Of a DNA stretch of 64,000 bases, positions 39,722 to 64,000 are shown one piece after another. Each line of letters opens with the position of its first letter. Within the stretch, counting starts at the first letter, position 1. The translations under genes and the position numbers were made by a program. The DNA is taken from assembly GCA_963693365.1 (NCBI GenBank), contig CAVNZM010000006.1, positions 10,605,355 through 10,669,354 on the forward strand, in the 5' to 3' direction. This DNA is from Amoebidium appalachense. Taxonomy: Eukaryota; Protista; Ichthyosporea. The notes beneath the pieces are model-generated. The model was not told the DNA's origin and did no database searches. It was given only the letters and a program-made list of their open reading frames with translations.

Positions 39722-39982
39722 TCACGTACGTATATATCCATTTGATTTATACCTCCAGGACTTGTATTGCGCCGCATAAACATATACACAAATATCAAAT
39801 TTCAATTCAAATACAGTATATATTCATATATACTATACATAGACATATATACTACTCATCAACAAACACTTGTTCAAATACATTCACGTATATTCCAAAA
39901 ATATATCTCCAAGTTTTGGGTTGGGGCAGTAGAAACAGTTGCTCCTCTGCAGTATGACGTCACCGTGCGGCCTGTCATGACG

Positions 39983-51690
<11,708 letters not shown>

Positions 51691-53407
51691 TTTTCCCCGT
51701 TTTTCCTTGATTCCTTTCACTGCTATTTCAACAATTCAGTAATTCGTTTTAGGTTTTCAAAAAAAGTCTACTCGAAGCGTATCTCGGAGCATATATATAC
51801 TTATCATAGTAGACGTTTCACTGATTTTCGGGTGAGAAACCGTGATAATAACCCGTGTCAAATGGACTTAATTGTTCTTCTAAATGAATTGTTCTCAGAC
51901 TGGATTCCCCAACCACCGTAGTGTTTGTGTATTTTGTGAAGTGTTTATGAAGGCTTATAGTTGTCTAAACCTTCCCTGAAGCAATGATTGAAAAAATAAT
52001 CAGAGTCCGTGTGATATGTGTCCTGTACTGAACGTGTCACGTGTAAAACAAGAACCACAGACTGCACCCGGGATTCAGAAGTAGTTTTCACGTAAACATA
52101 AATTCACCTACAACCCCAACACGACGACGTTCGCTAGAGTGGTGTGTCCGTCCGAGTCTGTAAACAAGTCCTGAGTCCAGTATTCTTGGTTTCTGTGCAT
52201 GTACATGTAGAACAACTGTCAAACTTGCAATTGGCTGACGTCATTATGGACTTGTAGATGTGCATGTTGTTTGACAGAAGTGTCAGAAGTCAGTGAAAGT
52301 TGCTGACGTCACATGGCACGTGTACTTGTTTAACTGCGTGAATCACGTGTGTTCGATCGAGCCAATCCCATTGTGGTGGGAATAGACATTTTTGGTGATG
52401 GGCCACGTGACACCACCGCAGTGCTTCGACAGCTACACGTAGCGTACGTGCACGTGTTTGAATCTGGACATTGCGATACGTTCAAGCAAGCTGGAGGCTA
52501 AACAAATAGCTGGTAAGGGTGGAGGATTTTTCTTTTTTTGGGGGGGGGGGGGGGGGAGGGGGGGGGGGGAGGGGGGGGGGGGGGGGGGGGGGGGGGAGGG
52601 GCGGGGGGGGGGGGGGGAGAGCGGCGGCGGCGGGGGGGGAGGGGGGGGGGGGGGGAGGGAGGGGGGGGGGGGGGGGGGGGGGGAGGGGGGGGGGCTCCGG
52701 AGGCCGGGGACGTGCCTAAGTGTAGAGAACCTCCTCGAGTTCTTTATTCGATTAACGGAAAGGTAGCCCTACGCGAGAAAACTCTGCCAAGGGGTATTTA
52801 TGATTGGTCCAGATCGAATCCGGTTCGATCAGATTAGCCATATAAGGAAACTGCAAAAAACCGTTTTTACGAAAAGGTAGCCCTACGTCTTTCGACCCAC
52901 AATGCACCTGTCAGGGATCCGATTCCGGCCCTGACCAATCTCAGCTTGACGCGCCATCAGCTCGCACTCAGATCAGTTGCCGCCAATAATTCATGTTCAC
53001 GAAGCTTCGAAAAATGATTCGACCATAATTCTATGAGGTGCCTAACATTGACAGCTCAGCCGCAGTCAATAAAAAAGTTGTAAAAAAAAAAAAAAAGAAA
53101 GAACTTCTGGGACTATCTTAACATACTATTTGTCAAAAAAACAACAAACAATACTTCCACAAAGAGGAAACCTCCTACTCGTGTTCAAAGATATCCACAC
53201 TCGAGTTTGACTGTTATGCACTACTGAAAAAAAAAAAAGCTGGCTCCAGGCAGCTTTCTTCTGAGTACCCTGCTCTACCCCGCGCTGCGTCACAAAGTGA
53301 TCGACGATATCGTGTTCATCTTTTTTTATACCTCTCCACTAGCCGCTAAGACAAATACCGTGATTCCTACCCAACCGTTTCATTCAAAAGGCCTACCCAA
53401 TGGTATC

Positions 53408-53467
53408 GCCCGGTTGTGAAAGCTACAGGTGTAATTAACGCTCATTAGCTGACTTTCACAACCGGGC
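53408..53467. repeat. 60-bp foldback with perfect 15-bp arms
   Basis: gcccggttgtgaaag ... ctttcacaaccgggc; a further half-site tttcacaaccgc at 53569-53580. Confidence 0.8.
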
Positions 53468-53651
53468 CCTCCGACTGGTTCACTGTCACGGCTCACGAGG
53501 CCACTTCTGCAACTTGCACTACGCAAAGAATCTGACTGGTCCCCTGCTAACGACGTCATTAGCGCAAGTTTCACAACCGCGCAACCCGATTCGCCACATA
53601 AATCTCCCCAGACCCACGTGTTCCGTATCGTGCTCTACCTAGCGCCCGCCG

Positions 53652-53865
53652 TTTTTTCTCTCACACACACGTTTTTTCTCCCACACACACGTTTTTTCTC
53701 TCCACACGTTTTTTTTCTCTCACACGTTTTTTTCTCTCACACGTTTTTTCTTTCACACGTTTTTTTTCTTTCACACATTGTTTTTTTTTTTGTTTCTTTT
53801 TTCTTTCTTTACTTTCTCTACTTAGGCATCGGCCTTTACTTAGGCATCCACCTCTACTTAGGCCC
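53652..53865 (+). repeat. Tandem repeats in the probable LINE 5' UTR
   Basis: ~7 x (tttttctc..cacacg) units, then acttaggc x3, just before the ORF1 ATG. Confidence 0.8.
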
Positions 53866-53890
53866 CTTGAGGGGCAGCTAGAACCCACCC

Positions 53891-55038
53891 ATGGCGTCTC
53901 AGGACGCATCCTTGTCCCCGGACCCTCCTGGGACACCGCCTGGGAGCCGCAAACGTGATACACGGGAAGGAGAATCCCCAGATAAGAGGCTAACTAAACT
54001 GAGCCGAGCGGAACAGGTTCCCTTTCCCGAGGTTAAAGCGCCACCGGCCGTACCGCCAGCAAGTAGTTTTATTACGAAAGAACAACTGCACTTGATACCC
54101 GAGAAGGCTAGGAAATCCGTGCTCAAACTTATGGCGCATCATGAGCAGCTCCGCACCCAAGTCTCCGACTTAACAACCCAAGTAGCTGAGTATAAAGCCA
54201 AACAGGACCACACAGACCTCCTTGTTCAGCAAATGGAGACGCGCTTACGGCAGCTGGAAGCTGACCGGGCAACCCCCACCGGCCCTGCCCACGCGGGCCC
54301 GGCCCCTGCAGCACAGGCAGCCCCCGATGGGTTACCCACCCCCCCGGGGTGAGTCCCAAGTTCATACCCACAACGAATCCTAAGGTGTACCGCACTACGG
54401 TGGACGCCAAGACCGTGTACGTGTCCGAGAAAGTCAAAACGTATGCCGAGTCGGTGGCCCAGACCCACGGGGCTACCCAGGCTTTGGCAGCCCTTGCCGC
54501 AGCGTCAGCACTGCACCCAACCCGCCGCCCTCGGGTGGCGTCTGACCCTGCCCCTCAGGGTACCGACGAGTCCGAGTTGACCACTGCAGCCTTCACCATG
54601 GTGCCGGCCAACATCAGCACCATGCGTGACCGTCTTTACACCCTCGGTGTCCTCAACCGAATGATTCCCGACATGCTCTTCATTGGCCGTCGCTACACAG
54701 TGTTCATTGTGCGTGCCGGCTACCGTGATACCCTCATAAACATCATCCAACGTGCTACCGACGCCACCTTTCTCGCAGACTTCGATCCTACGGCTCCCTA
54801 CAACACCACACTTAACCGTGCTGATGCAGAGGCCGCTGCCCGGGCCTCTTGGCAACGCCGGGTGCTTGCAAGAATGGCCAACGCCCACGCATGGGCTGTC
54901 AAGGCAGCCACACTTTACCCGGCACACGACAGCCGGGCCAAAACAGCAGCTGAGGTGCGTGCCTACTGGGAGGCTCAGCACGTGCAGGTCTTCAGCAAGC
55001 CCTACGAACCCACCGCCGCACCAGCCAACTCCCAGTAA
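53891..55038 (+). CDS. LINE ORF1 (coiled coil + putative RNA-binding domain), frameshifted in the C-run at ~54338-54345
   Basis: 53891-54352 (coiled coil LRTQVSDLTTQVAEYK...LRQLE) and 54349-55038 overlap at a homopolymer, directly upstream of ORF2. Confidence 0.75.
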
Positions 55039-55040
55039 GC

Positions 55041-58000
55041 ATGCTCTCCTTTCTTTTCTGGAATGCTCGTAGTCTAAATAAGAGTAAAGCACAGTTTCTT
55101 CTTTCGTTACCCCAACAGGAGTTCCCGTTTATTATTGTCGCAGAAACGTGGCGGCGAGACCACGCCACACTTCGTCGGTCTGGACGGCTCGTGGGCGAGT
55201 CTACTCAGCCTGTGGGCCACAAGCCTCACTCCGGCATAGTGTTCATCGCCGCCTACCACTTTGTTAACCACTGTTCAGTTATAGCACGTACAATACACAC
55301 ACTCACCATCTCAGTTTGTGGCCATATATGCACTTTTGTTTATTTTCCACCTAGCCTTCCACTGCTAGCACTTAAACACGAACTTAACACCATCGCCCCA
55401 CATAACCCCACACTAGTGTTAGGAGACATTGATAGCCCGCTAATTACCACACCACACCCCCTACACGGCCACCCACAGGCCCTTAGGCTACTTAAACCCA
55501 ACCACCCGCGCACGCCAACCTTTCACACTTTTGTTACAGCCTTACGCCTTACTCTTCCATCTGTAGTACAAGAACACCGCACGGACTGGGGGGCAGCCTC
55601 TGGTCCTTGCACCTTACACATACACCACAACCTACACCCCCCACCGTCAGACCACCTACCTATAGTCTTTCGCACTACACTTAGCCTTTCTACGCCGTCA
55701 CCACAACACACTTACAGACTTAACGTACGCGAACTTAAAAGCCAGCGCGGCCAAGCAGACACTCGCTTCTTTTTCCAGACGGTGCAACCGAGTCTATTAT
55801 CGCTTGTGCGTGATGGACGCCAAACCCCACTACGCACCGACCAGACCTTCATCGATAGCGTCTGGTCTACAGTACGAGAAACCTTGTGGGACATAGGTGA
55901 ATATGCCTGTTTAGGTGCCCAAGTTTACCCACAAGCACGAACTACACACACTCGCGGCCCTCGAGCGGAGGCTGCCTTACGTAAGCCTCTACCGTATCAC
56001 ATGCTATTGGGTAATATTCGGAAGATTGATCGCGGCGATCATTCGATTCGAATAACGGCCGACCCGTCATCCGACCCGGAATCTGCAACCGATTCCTTTT
56101 ACGGCACCCTGTTTAAACGTAACCCGACATGTATGGCCACGGACCTGGGGCAGGCGCCCCCTCCTGTTTTTGTCCCACCCTCCAAAACACCACCACCACC
56201 ACACACGGCGTGGCCAGCGGGGCCGGCTGAGTTTGGGGCTGAATTGGGGGAACTTTTTACCCCAGATGCGGTATGGCAGTTAGTCTCCCGTTACCCGTCC
56301 CGCAAAGCGTGCGGGCCGGACGGCATCCCTATGGCAACACTTAAGGTACTCATCCCACCCCGACCCGAGAAAGACGAAAAGCGTGGCCCGCCGCCACCAC
56401 TTACATGTATTCTTAGCGAGTTGTTTAGCTGGTATTCTGATGTCGGTAAAGTGCCCTCGGAGTGGCTAGCCACCTTAGTGTTTCCCATCAAGAAAACGGT
56501 TGCACAGGGTCCCATCCACGAATTTCGCCCTATCACCCTTACGTCCGTTTTTCGCCGATTATTCGAAAGTGGCCTTTTACAGGCCTTTTCCCGTAACCCC
56601 ACCCTTAAGCAGGCTTCCCAGCTGAGCCCTCTTCAGGCGGCGTTTCGGCATCGACACTCATGTTACGCACAAATCCTCACTCTACATAATGCAACTCAAA
56701 GTGATACCGAGCACCTCGTATTTATCGATTTTAAGAACGCGTACGACACGGTCGACCTCCCTCGCCTGTGGGCCAAGTTGGCCACTCGCGGTGTCCCATT
56801 CCAAACGGGTCGGCTACTGGAAGCTATGTTTACGTTTACACGCGGACGAGCGGTGGTTAATGGGCGGCTATCCCCAGGGTTTACCCGCACGCGCGGGGTA
56901 CTTCAAGGGTCCCTGCTAAGTCCTCTTCTTTTCAACCTGTATATTGATGATTTAGCCGACACTCTTTCTGCGGCACAAATTGACGGGGGGTTGCCATCCC
57001 AGGCTCCCCCCGCCCTCTTTTTTGCCGACGATATTGTGCTTATGTCATCTGATCCTCTCGAACTACGGCAATACATTCGTGTGGTTGAACATTGGTGCCA
57101 GCGCAACGATATGCAGATTAATGTCAAAAAGTGTGCCCTTTTATCAAAATCGATACCGGCATGGGACGACGTTTGTATTTTCGGCAGTCCCCTCCCTCGC
57201 CCAATCGAATACAAGTATTTGGGGATTCCGGTGGACGAATGGGGCATATGTTTCAAACGGATGATCGACCGTCGGGTGGAGAGTGCAGGCAGGTGTCTTC
57301 GGTTATTTCGGGATGTGTATCTTGCTACTCTTTCTCATACTGTCCACCTATACAATCGTCTTAGTATATTTCGCACATATTCGCCCTTTGTCGGAATACG
57401 GGTTGCCCTTACTAGCTATGGCACCCCCTGATACTGTTACTAATGTGCTCAAATCATTAGATGATTTCCATTACACAACTTGTTGTATGTTTCTCACTGG
57501 TCTTTCCACACCTATCCCTAGACGCCTTTTTGATTCTCTCTACGCACTCACGTGACCACCATCACAACGCGTACACGAATTAGCCCTTAAATTTCACGAG
57601 CACATCACCCGACTGTCCGCTTGTGCCCCGGACCACCCGCTCTTCCGGCTACACGCATCCCCGCCGGATTCGCCCCTCTACCTCTTCCCTTCCCCATCGT
57701 CTCTGCCCATTGCCGAGCGCTATGTGGAATGGCTGGCGACCCCCCCGGAGGTACGACTAGATCATAGTGTGAATATGAATAGTTTCAAGTCTATGGCTGA
57801 TAGATATCTTTTTACTCTACGTGTTGAGTCCCTTCCGGTGTTAGGACCGCAAAAACACCAACTACTAGTAGCCTATATGGCGGATACGGTTAGAGAGTCT
57901 CGTTCATACATAGATTCGTTTATTCGTAATGTGGTGTGGTGTAAAAACGCAAAGATGATTATGGCTTGGCGGTGTAATCGGTTTCTGGTGTCTCCTGCTC

Positions 58001-58251
58001 GTATGTGTAATATGTGTGGGGGGCGGTTTACTCGCGGCTGCATATCTATCAATAAATGCAACCTGTTAGCTAATGTATTAGAACCGGAGGTTATTGGCGG
58101 TTTTATTCTCTTTTCTTCCTCTCTTCCTCAATATATCCGTTTTAAGATGACTATCCTAGATCACCTTATTAATGCTGCACAGTATGATATTGTGATCCGG
58201 TGCCTTAACTTTCTTTCGGAGCTACCGATGCTAGCATCTGCTTACCCATAA
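55041..58251 (+). pseudogene. LINE ORF2: APE endonuclease + reverse transcriptase + C-terminal Cys motif, two lesions
   Basis: WNARSL, AETW, LGDID, SDHLPI; KACGPDGI, FRPITL, QAAFR, FIDFKNAYDTV, GVLQGSLLSPLLFNLY, FADD, YKYLGI; CNMC..RFTRGC. Frameshift ~57378 and in-frame TGA 57553-57555. Confidence 0.92.
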
Positions 58252-58459
58252 TATGTAATAGGGGTGTCAGATACTACGATGGCGCTCATTGTTGCCTAGC
58301 ATGTACATATGTCACTGGCTGCATTTGATTGGCTGTGCTGGAAAACGCAGTAGGCCGTCGAATGTGGCTGGGCCTCCGGTAATGTCCACGCAATAAAAAG
58401 TGTGTAAACCCCCCCCCCCCCCCCACGTGAAGATGCCTTAGTTACATGCATGCTACACA

Positions 58460-58641
58460 CAGTCGGCGTCCGCGAATGCCATGAGACTCCACGAATAAGA
58501 GATCTAGCGCTACTAAAGTTGGGGGGACAATTATATGACGTCATAATGTATTATAGAGTACGTCATTTTCTCATATTTGAGAATAAGATACTTTAGCGTT
58601 ACCCCCCGTGGAGGGAGTCTCTTATTCGTGGACGCCGACTG
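58460..58641. mobile_element. Tc1/mariner (pogo-like) MITE, 182 bp
   Basis: Left cagtcggcgtccgcgaat...gagactcc versus right ggagtctcttattcgtggacgccgactg; CAGT termini; TA on the right flank, CA on the left. Confidence 0.75.
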
Positions 58642-58704
58642 TACATACGTGCATGTACAAGTACAATTGGTTTTGCTGGTCATCGTGTCTATGTGTATAT
58701 ATCA

Positions 58705-59460
58705 CTACATACTGTTCGGGGAGTTGGTGATGGTCGAGTCATCCACATAGTTGCCAGCACGGACCACATCGTTGTTGGGGAAGAACCGAAGGTACGTTCT
58801 GTAGATGCACGGGTCAGTCTTAGTACGGATGAGACCGTGGGCAATGAGGATGCCGTCCAGGAAGTCGTACGAGGCTTTGGAGGCTTGCTTGAGGCCGTAC
58901 AGAGCCTTCTTCAATCTCCAAACCTTGCCGAGTGTGGCCATGGTGATGAAGCCGGCCGGGGGTTGTTTCATGTAGATGGTCTCGGTGAGTGGGCTGTTGA
59001 GGAAGGCCGTGGAATCGTCAAGTTGACGGATGTCATGACCCTCAACAACAGCAAGGGCAAGAAGGGCACGGAGGGCAGCAGGACGGATGACGGGGCTCTC
59101 AGTCAACTCATAGTCAACACCATATTCTTGACTGAAGCCTTGTGCAACACCACGGGCCTTAATCTTGGTGTCACCGGCAGAGTTGAGAGTTTTCTCAGAC
59201 ACAATCCACTTGAAACCGACGATGTTAGCACCGGGGGGAGGGTCGACTAGCTCGAAGAGGCGCCCTTGTCGATGAAGGCTTGATACTCAGCAGTGAGGGC
59301 CGACTTAACTTGGTCACCGTTGGGGCCGTGGCACAGTTGACGGACGAGTTTGGGCAGCTGGTCGACATTGATGGGGGGCCCCGGGGGGCACAGGCAGAAC
59401 CGTGTTGGCTTGAAGGCCGACCTTGCCTTGCAGACGGGCAGAACGACGGGGAGGGGGCAG
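58705..59460 (-). mobile_element. Degenerate Ty1/copia pol fragment (RT N-terminal half)
   Basis: PRRSAR linker, LPPGANIVGFKW, KARGVAQGFSQEYGVDY..T.SPV, IRQLD..TAFLNSPL.E.IYMKQP, VWRLKKALYGLKQA, DPCIY, YVDD; frameshifted and truncated. Confidence 0.92.
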
Positions 59461-59901
59461 GGTCGGAGGCTGAGGGGGGGGGAACTTGGAAGCCCGGGAC
59501 TGTTGCAGTAAGTAGTATCTGCATAAGTATAAGACCTTTTCAGTTTGTGTTGTGTCTTCGTTCATTTGTTTAGTATAAAAGTCACACTCCTTGTACGTAA
59601 ATTGTGGCATCGATCTCCCATGTGTATGTATACCTTTATTCGTATCGTATCGGTGTATTGGCTCAGTCTCGCCACAGTGTAGGAGAAAAACAATACAACA
59701 GTCAGTTGGGCACCATCGGGTATGTACCGGCTACTACTTTACATGTTTTCAAGTCGTCCTTAATATACTGTTTGGTCGATATTTATTGATTAGCCATATT
59801 TCACACAACTAGCCCACACACTTCTCATCACACATCATCACGTACACGCACACATTCTTCAAAGTTTGTGGGTATGAGGAAACATACACCCTCTCTCTCT
59901 T

Positions 59902-59966
<65 letters not shown>

Positions 59967-60000
59967 TACACACACACGTTCACACAGGTACGTGCGCGCG

Positions 60001-60049
<49 letters not shown>

Positions 60050-60171
60050 CACATACAAACACGCACGCACGCATGCAGGCACGCACACGCACACACACGT
60101 GCACCCACACACACACGCACACACGCACATACATACGCACACGCACACAAACACACACAATCACGCGCACG

Positions 60172-60272
<101 letters not shown>

Positions 60273-60398
60273 TAAACCCCGGCACTGCGGCAGCAGTTTC
60301 AACAGACAGAAAAACACTTGCACACTCATAAATCGATGCAAAGTTGCCTATCTCTCACGTAATCCTAAGTCACAGCACCAAAGACAGAATACCTAAAA

Positions 60399-60955
60399 AT
60401 GGCACGCACAGTTTTTGCCTCCGCCGCCCTTGCCGCCCTCGCCAGCACGGCCCCTGTGCCTCCCTCTCCACCCGCTCCACCAGTGTGCCCTTCTCCCTGC
60501 AAGACCCCTACCCCACCTACGACACCAGCTACAGCTGCGACCTCACAAACGCACAGGGTGCCGGTGTGCAATGTTCCTCTTCCGACGCGCAGCCATTCTC
60601 GTCCCCTCTGGACTGCCAGACCGTCACCGGGCAGCCATGCGGCACAAACAACGCCGCAGACTCGTCGTTTCAGAACTGGTGGCAGGCCAGCCCTGGCGCA
60701 AAGCCCGTCACAGGGCCAGTGGGCAACTCCCCCGGCTTCACGCTCAGGGCATACCGCAGCACCATCAACGACCCCATGTGGTGTGACTTCTCGTGTGCGC
60801 TGACAGCCGATGCGTCGGCGTGGAAGTGTGTGTCTCCTGGGTGCGGGCAGACCCTATACACGTCCCCGGCGGCATGCCAGGGGGACCAGTGGAAGTTCTG
60901 CGCACTGCAGTCGTCCCAGACCTTCAAGGGCTGGTACGAGGGGTTCTACACCTAG
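60399..60955 (+). CDS. Small intronless secreted Cys-rich protein; frameshift in the C-run at ~60451-60454
   Basis: Signal-like MARTVFASAALAALASTA in frame 60399 joins the Cys/Trp-rich frame of ORF 60344-60955 (SCDLT...CSSS...CQT...CGT...WCDFSC...WKC...GCG...ACQG...FCA); GC3-rich codons. Confidence 0.65.
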
Positions 60956-60989
60956 ATTTACAGGCGGCCGTGGCGCTGAAAGAGTTCGA

Positions 60990-61510
60990 CGATTTGAGGG
61001 TCACGGTACTGCGCTGCGCACTTTGTTTCATACTCGGTTTGTGCCTCCCTTAATCAGTATGTTTGGATTGTCGTCTGCTGTTTGTCGTATGGAGGAATTG
61101 TCCCTTCGTTTTTGTTTTCATTTAGTTAGGATACCTGATGGTCACCCTCTTTCTGCTTTCTTTCCCCCCCCTCCCTCCATCCCTCTTCCCCCCCGATTCA
61201 CCAACGCCACTTCTGAATGTCCTCAGCCTACCCTCTTTCAACCTGATTCTTCCTCTCGCTATCTCACTCCCTCTTTCTTTTCTCTTCATGTTTTTTCTGC
61301 CTTTTCGAGTTATTACCATACGCAGTATAAGTTTCTTTCTCGTTCTGATAGAGAAATCAAAGGTAAAACTCAGTCGGCATGTGTTATGTTCCTTAGGCAA
61401 CACCGTACTGATCATTATCACTTTTTGGGAGCTTTGGCAGGATACATTTCTCCTGCTGTACGTATGGATACCACCCTAGTAGATAAGTCTGTATGGTGCT
61501 CTGATGTTGA
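60990..61510 (+). mobile_element. Internal C-terminal fragment of the same LINE family
   Basis: ALRTLFHTRFVP...SMFGL...RMEELSLRFCFHL...GHPL and YISPAVR...LVD parallel SIYGL..ARVSYLALKFNKH...HPL and YVLPSCR...LAD in the 37-39 kb copy. Confidence 0.7.
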
Positions 61511-61852
61511 TATTGCTTGGGAAGTTGTGCCCAACAACAATTTAGAGAAGCGTTCCTACTGCCCAACAGAAAATACAGCATTCCTATTGGACCTACAAGA
61601 TAACCAAGCGTTCCAATTGCCCAACAGGATTTCATAAACCCAACCGGACACTCCCGCGGCGTAGTAGTGCCCGGTAACTTACGTAAGCCAGTGGTTACAT
61701 AGCCTTGGAGACTACTTTACTCCCCCCCCTCCCCCCCCCCCCCCCCCCTTCTGGCTCCTCCCCCTGTCGCTGTCGGAAGGATCCACCTACTCTCATCTGG
61801 GTGAGTCCTCCCTTTCACCTCTCCCCTGCTAGCCGGAGGGGTGGGTGCTCCC

Positions 61853-61885
<33 letters not shown>

Positions 61886-62090
61886 ATGCAAAAGCAGAGT
61901 TATTCAAACAGCAGAACTGATCTGTTAAAAGCGAAATTGTCTCTGCTAAAGCATGATCAGAAATAAACTGCTCTTAAAGAAGTTGGTGGTTCATTTCAAG
62001 TGGGTTTATATAAAAAGTGTGTGTGTGTGTGGAAGGAAGCAGGGGAGGCGGTGGGTGGGTCAGAAGGTGGGAATTCGTGGTGGTGGATGT

Positions 62091-62161
<71 letters not shown>

Positions 62162-62359
62162 GAGGGGAAGGTGGGAATACCCGCGACCCCTACGCTCCTA
62201 CGGTAAGCTAGGGGAGGTGTTTGTTGGGGGGGGTTTTTTCGGTTTTTTTTTTTTTTTTTTTTTCGTTTATAGTTTGGGGGGAGGAGGGGGGGGGGGGGGG
62301 GAGGGGGGAGGGCACCCATTCAAAAGGGAAGCCCCCCCCCCCCCCCACCTCCCCCCACC

Positions 62360-62396
<37 letters not shown>

Positions 62397-62712
62397 CCCC
62401 TGCCCCTCCCCGTTTCGGAATCCTGCTTCCTGATGCGCCTGCTTGAAGCATAAGAAATTCGAACCAAGGGCCCTTCTTGTTCAGACCCCTAAAGTTGAGC
62501 TTTGGTGCCTAAACACTCGGAAAGATAACCTGGATATATTGCTTACTGCACAAGTTTTAAGTAAAAAAGATGGCGGAATTTTGTGATGACAGACAGGTCA
62601 AAGCTTTATGAAATGCAGATCTTTGGATATATTTGTGGTGGTGTTGGAGGGCCCTGAGAGAAGCGGAGGGGAAGGGGGGAGGGGCGAGAGGAGTGTGTGA
62701 CGTGTGCGTGTG

Positions 62713-62761
<49 letters not shown>

Positions 62762-63519
62762 TGTTTTGTATGGGCCTAAGGGAGCAGAGTGCACAGAGGT
62801 TTCGTGTAAAACACGATCAACGCAATAAAGAGAGGGCAATCGGAGTTGTTCACGACACTTGAAAGATTTCAAACAACAACTCACCTTTTATTGTGCTCTC
62901 GGGTCTTTTGTACTTGCAACTTAACATCTTATCTCAACTAAAAGAAGAGAACCAATCGGTTCTATCAGATGATAGAAAAACACATTCCAACAGAGCATAC
63001 GCATTCCAACTTCCGACATAACTGAAATTTAGAACCTCTTAATAAAAGTTAAGTAACTATACATCTTGTCACCGTAATACACATATATATTTATACTCGT
63101 CTCTATAAAGAAACCCCGGCTAAATACATATATTTCCTAATAGTCGACACTCTCAAAGTGAAGACACATTACGATAAACCGAATTCCAAACCGTTTCTAT
63201 TGTGTCCAATCATAACACGTATATTAATAGACAGGAATGCACAACACGATCTATGTGCTATAGATGTACTCACTCGCGTCTATTGGTGAGTCATCCTATT
63301 GTGAACTAAAACTAAACTACCTTGAACTAAAACAAAGACAACGAATATAGCTAGCCAATCACGCTACTTCTCAGATAAACAGAGGAGAGCAAACACAGAA
63401 AAAATACAATAAGTTCTATCAGGCAAGAGAGCCAGGTGTGCACAGATCTACAGATATCTGTGTCTGTGCACACAGAAACAAGGGAGAGAGAGAGATACAA
63501 GGGGGGGGGGGGGGGGGGG

Positions 63520-63563
<44 letters not shown>

Positions 63564-63696
63564 AGAAAAGGGAGAGAGGGGGAGAGCACAAAGAAGGAGA
63601 GCAGACACGAACACAAACAAAGCTAAGACACATACATACTTCAAGACTCTTGCTGTCCTACGTAGTGACGGCGTATTCCAACAGTGTGTCTGCGAG

Positions 63697-63750
<54 letters not shown>

Positions 63751-64000
63751 CGAAGCACCCGATGACGTGCATACATGCAGTATACAGCGAATGTTTCTTT
63801 ATTTAATCCCGTAAGGATACCATACATACTACTACATACATGTTAGAATTGGTGTTTAAAAACCAGACATCTGCCCGAAATATGCGTGCTGTGCTGTGTC
63901 GTGCCAGTTCTCAATTGTGCACGTGCCGTACAAATTCACTATTGACTGTGACCACATTCATTCTAATACGGTGCATCTAACTATAAGCTCATAAATCTAG

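Larger units (their letters stand above)
53600..58260 (+). mobile_element. Near full-length LINE (ORF1 + APE-RT ORF2); element boundaries approximate
   Basis: ORF1 53891-55038, ORF2 55041-58251; no LTRs; APE-RT domain order; no obvious poly-A tail or TSD. Confidence 0.93.

Noticed and set aside
54335-54356. Programmed -1 frameshift in LINE ORF1
   Set aside because: A C-homopolymer is not a canonical slippery heptamer, and similar homopolymer shifts disrupt conserved host genes (17748, ~46420), pointing to assembly error.
57553-57555. TGA recoding (Trp/Sec) in LINE ORF2
   Set aside because: TGA terminates Rab5 normally, and the element has another lesion nearby; best read as a nonsense mutation.
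58693-59250. Plus-strand 185-aa ORF
   Set aside because: Antisense shadow of the copia RT fragment.
59520-59830. LTR of the copia fragment
   Set aside because: No second copy, PBS or PPT found in the window.

Overview
Eukaryotic genomic DNA, intron-rich and saturated with (CA)n/(GT)n/(CT)n microsatellites and poly-C/poly-G tracts. Nearly all supplied ORFs are translations of these repeats. Gene content suggests an opisthokont, possibly a unicellular holozoan, but that is a weak inference. Spliced genes reconstructed by eye: (1) a Pro/Lys/Ala-rich coiled-coil protein with histone-H3-tail-like ARKS motifs (1239-6968 +); (2) a signal-peptide, C-terminally membrane-anchored choloylglycine hydrolase/penicillin V acylase family Ntn-hydrolase (8529-10143 +); (3) a WDR44-like WD40 protein (11194-24930 +); (4) Rab5 (26926-33137 -); (5) an uncertain Cys-motif gene (~34330-35850 +); (6) a many-exon alpha/beta-hydrolase (~39983-51690 -); (7) a small secreted Cys-rich protein (60399-60955 +). 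Mobile DNA comprises three copies of one LINE family, a Ty1/copia RT fragment and several MITE-like inverted-repeat elements. The most unusual signal is a ~400-bp non-coding element found in sense orientation in introns of two genes, always ending at a poly-C tract, whose core keeps a multi-stem RNA fold with compensatory changes between copies. Many frameshifts fall in homopolymers, so assembly error is a standing caveat.
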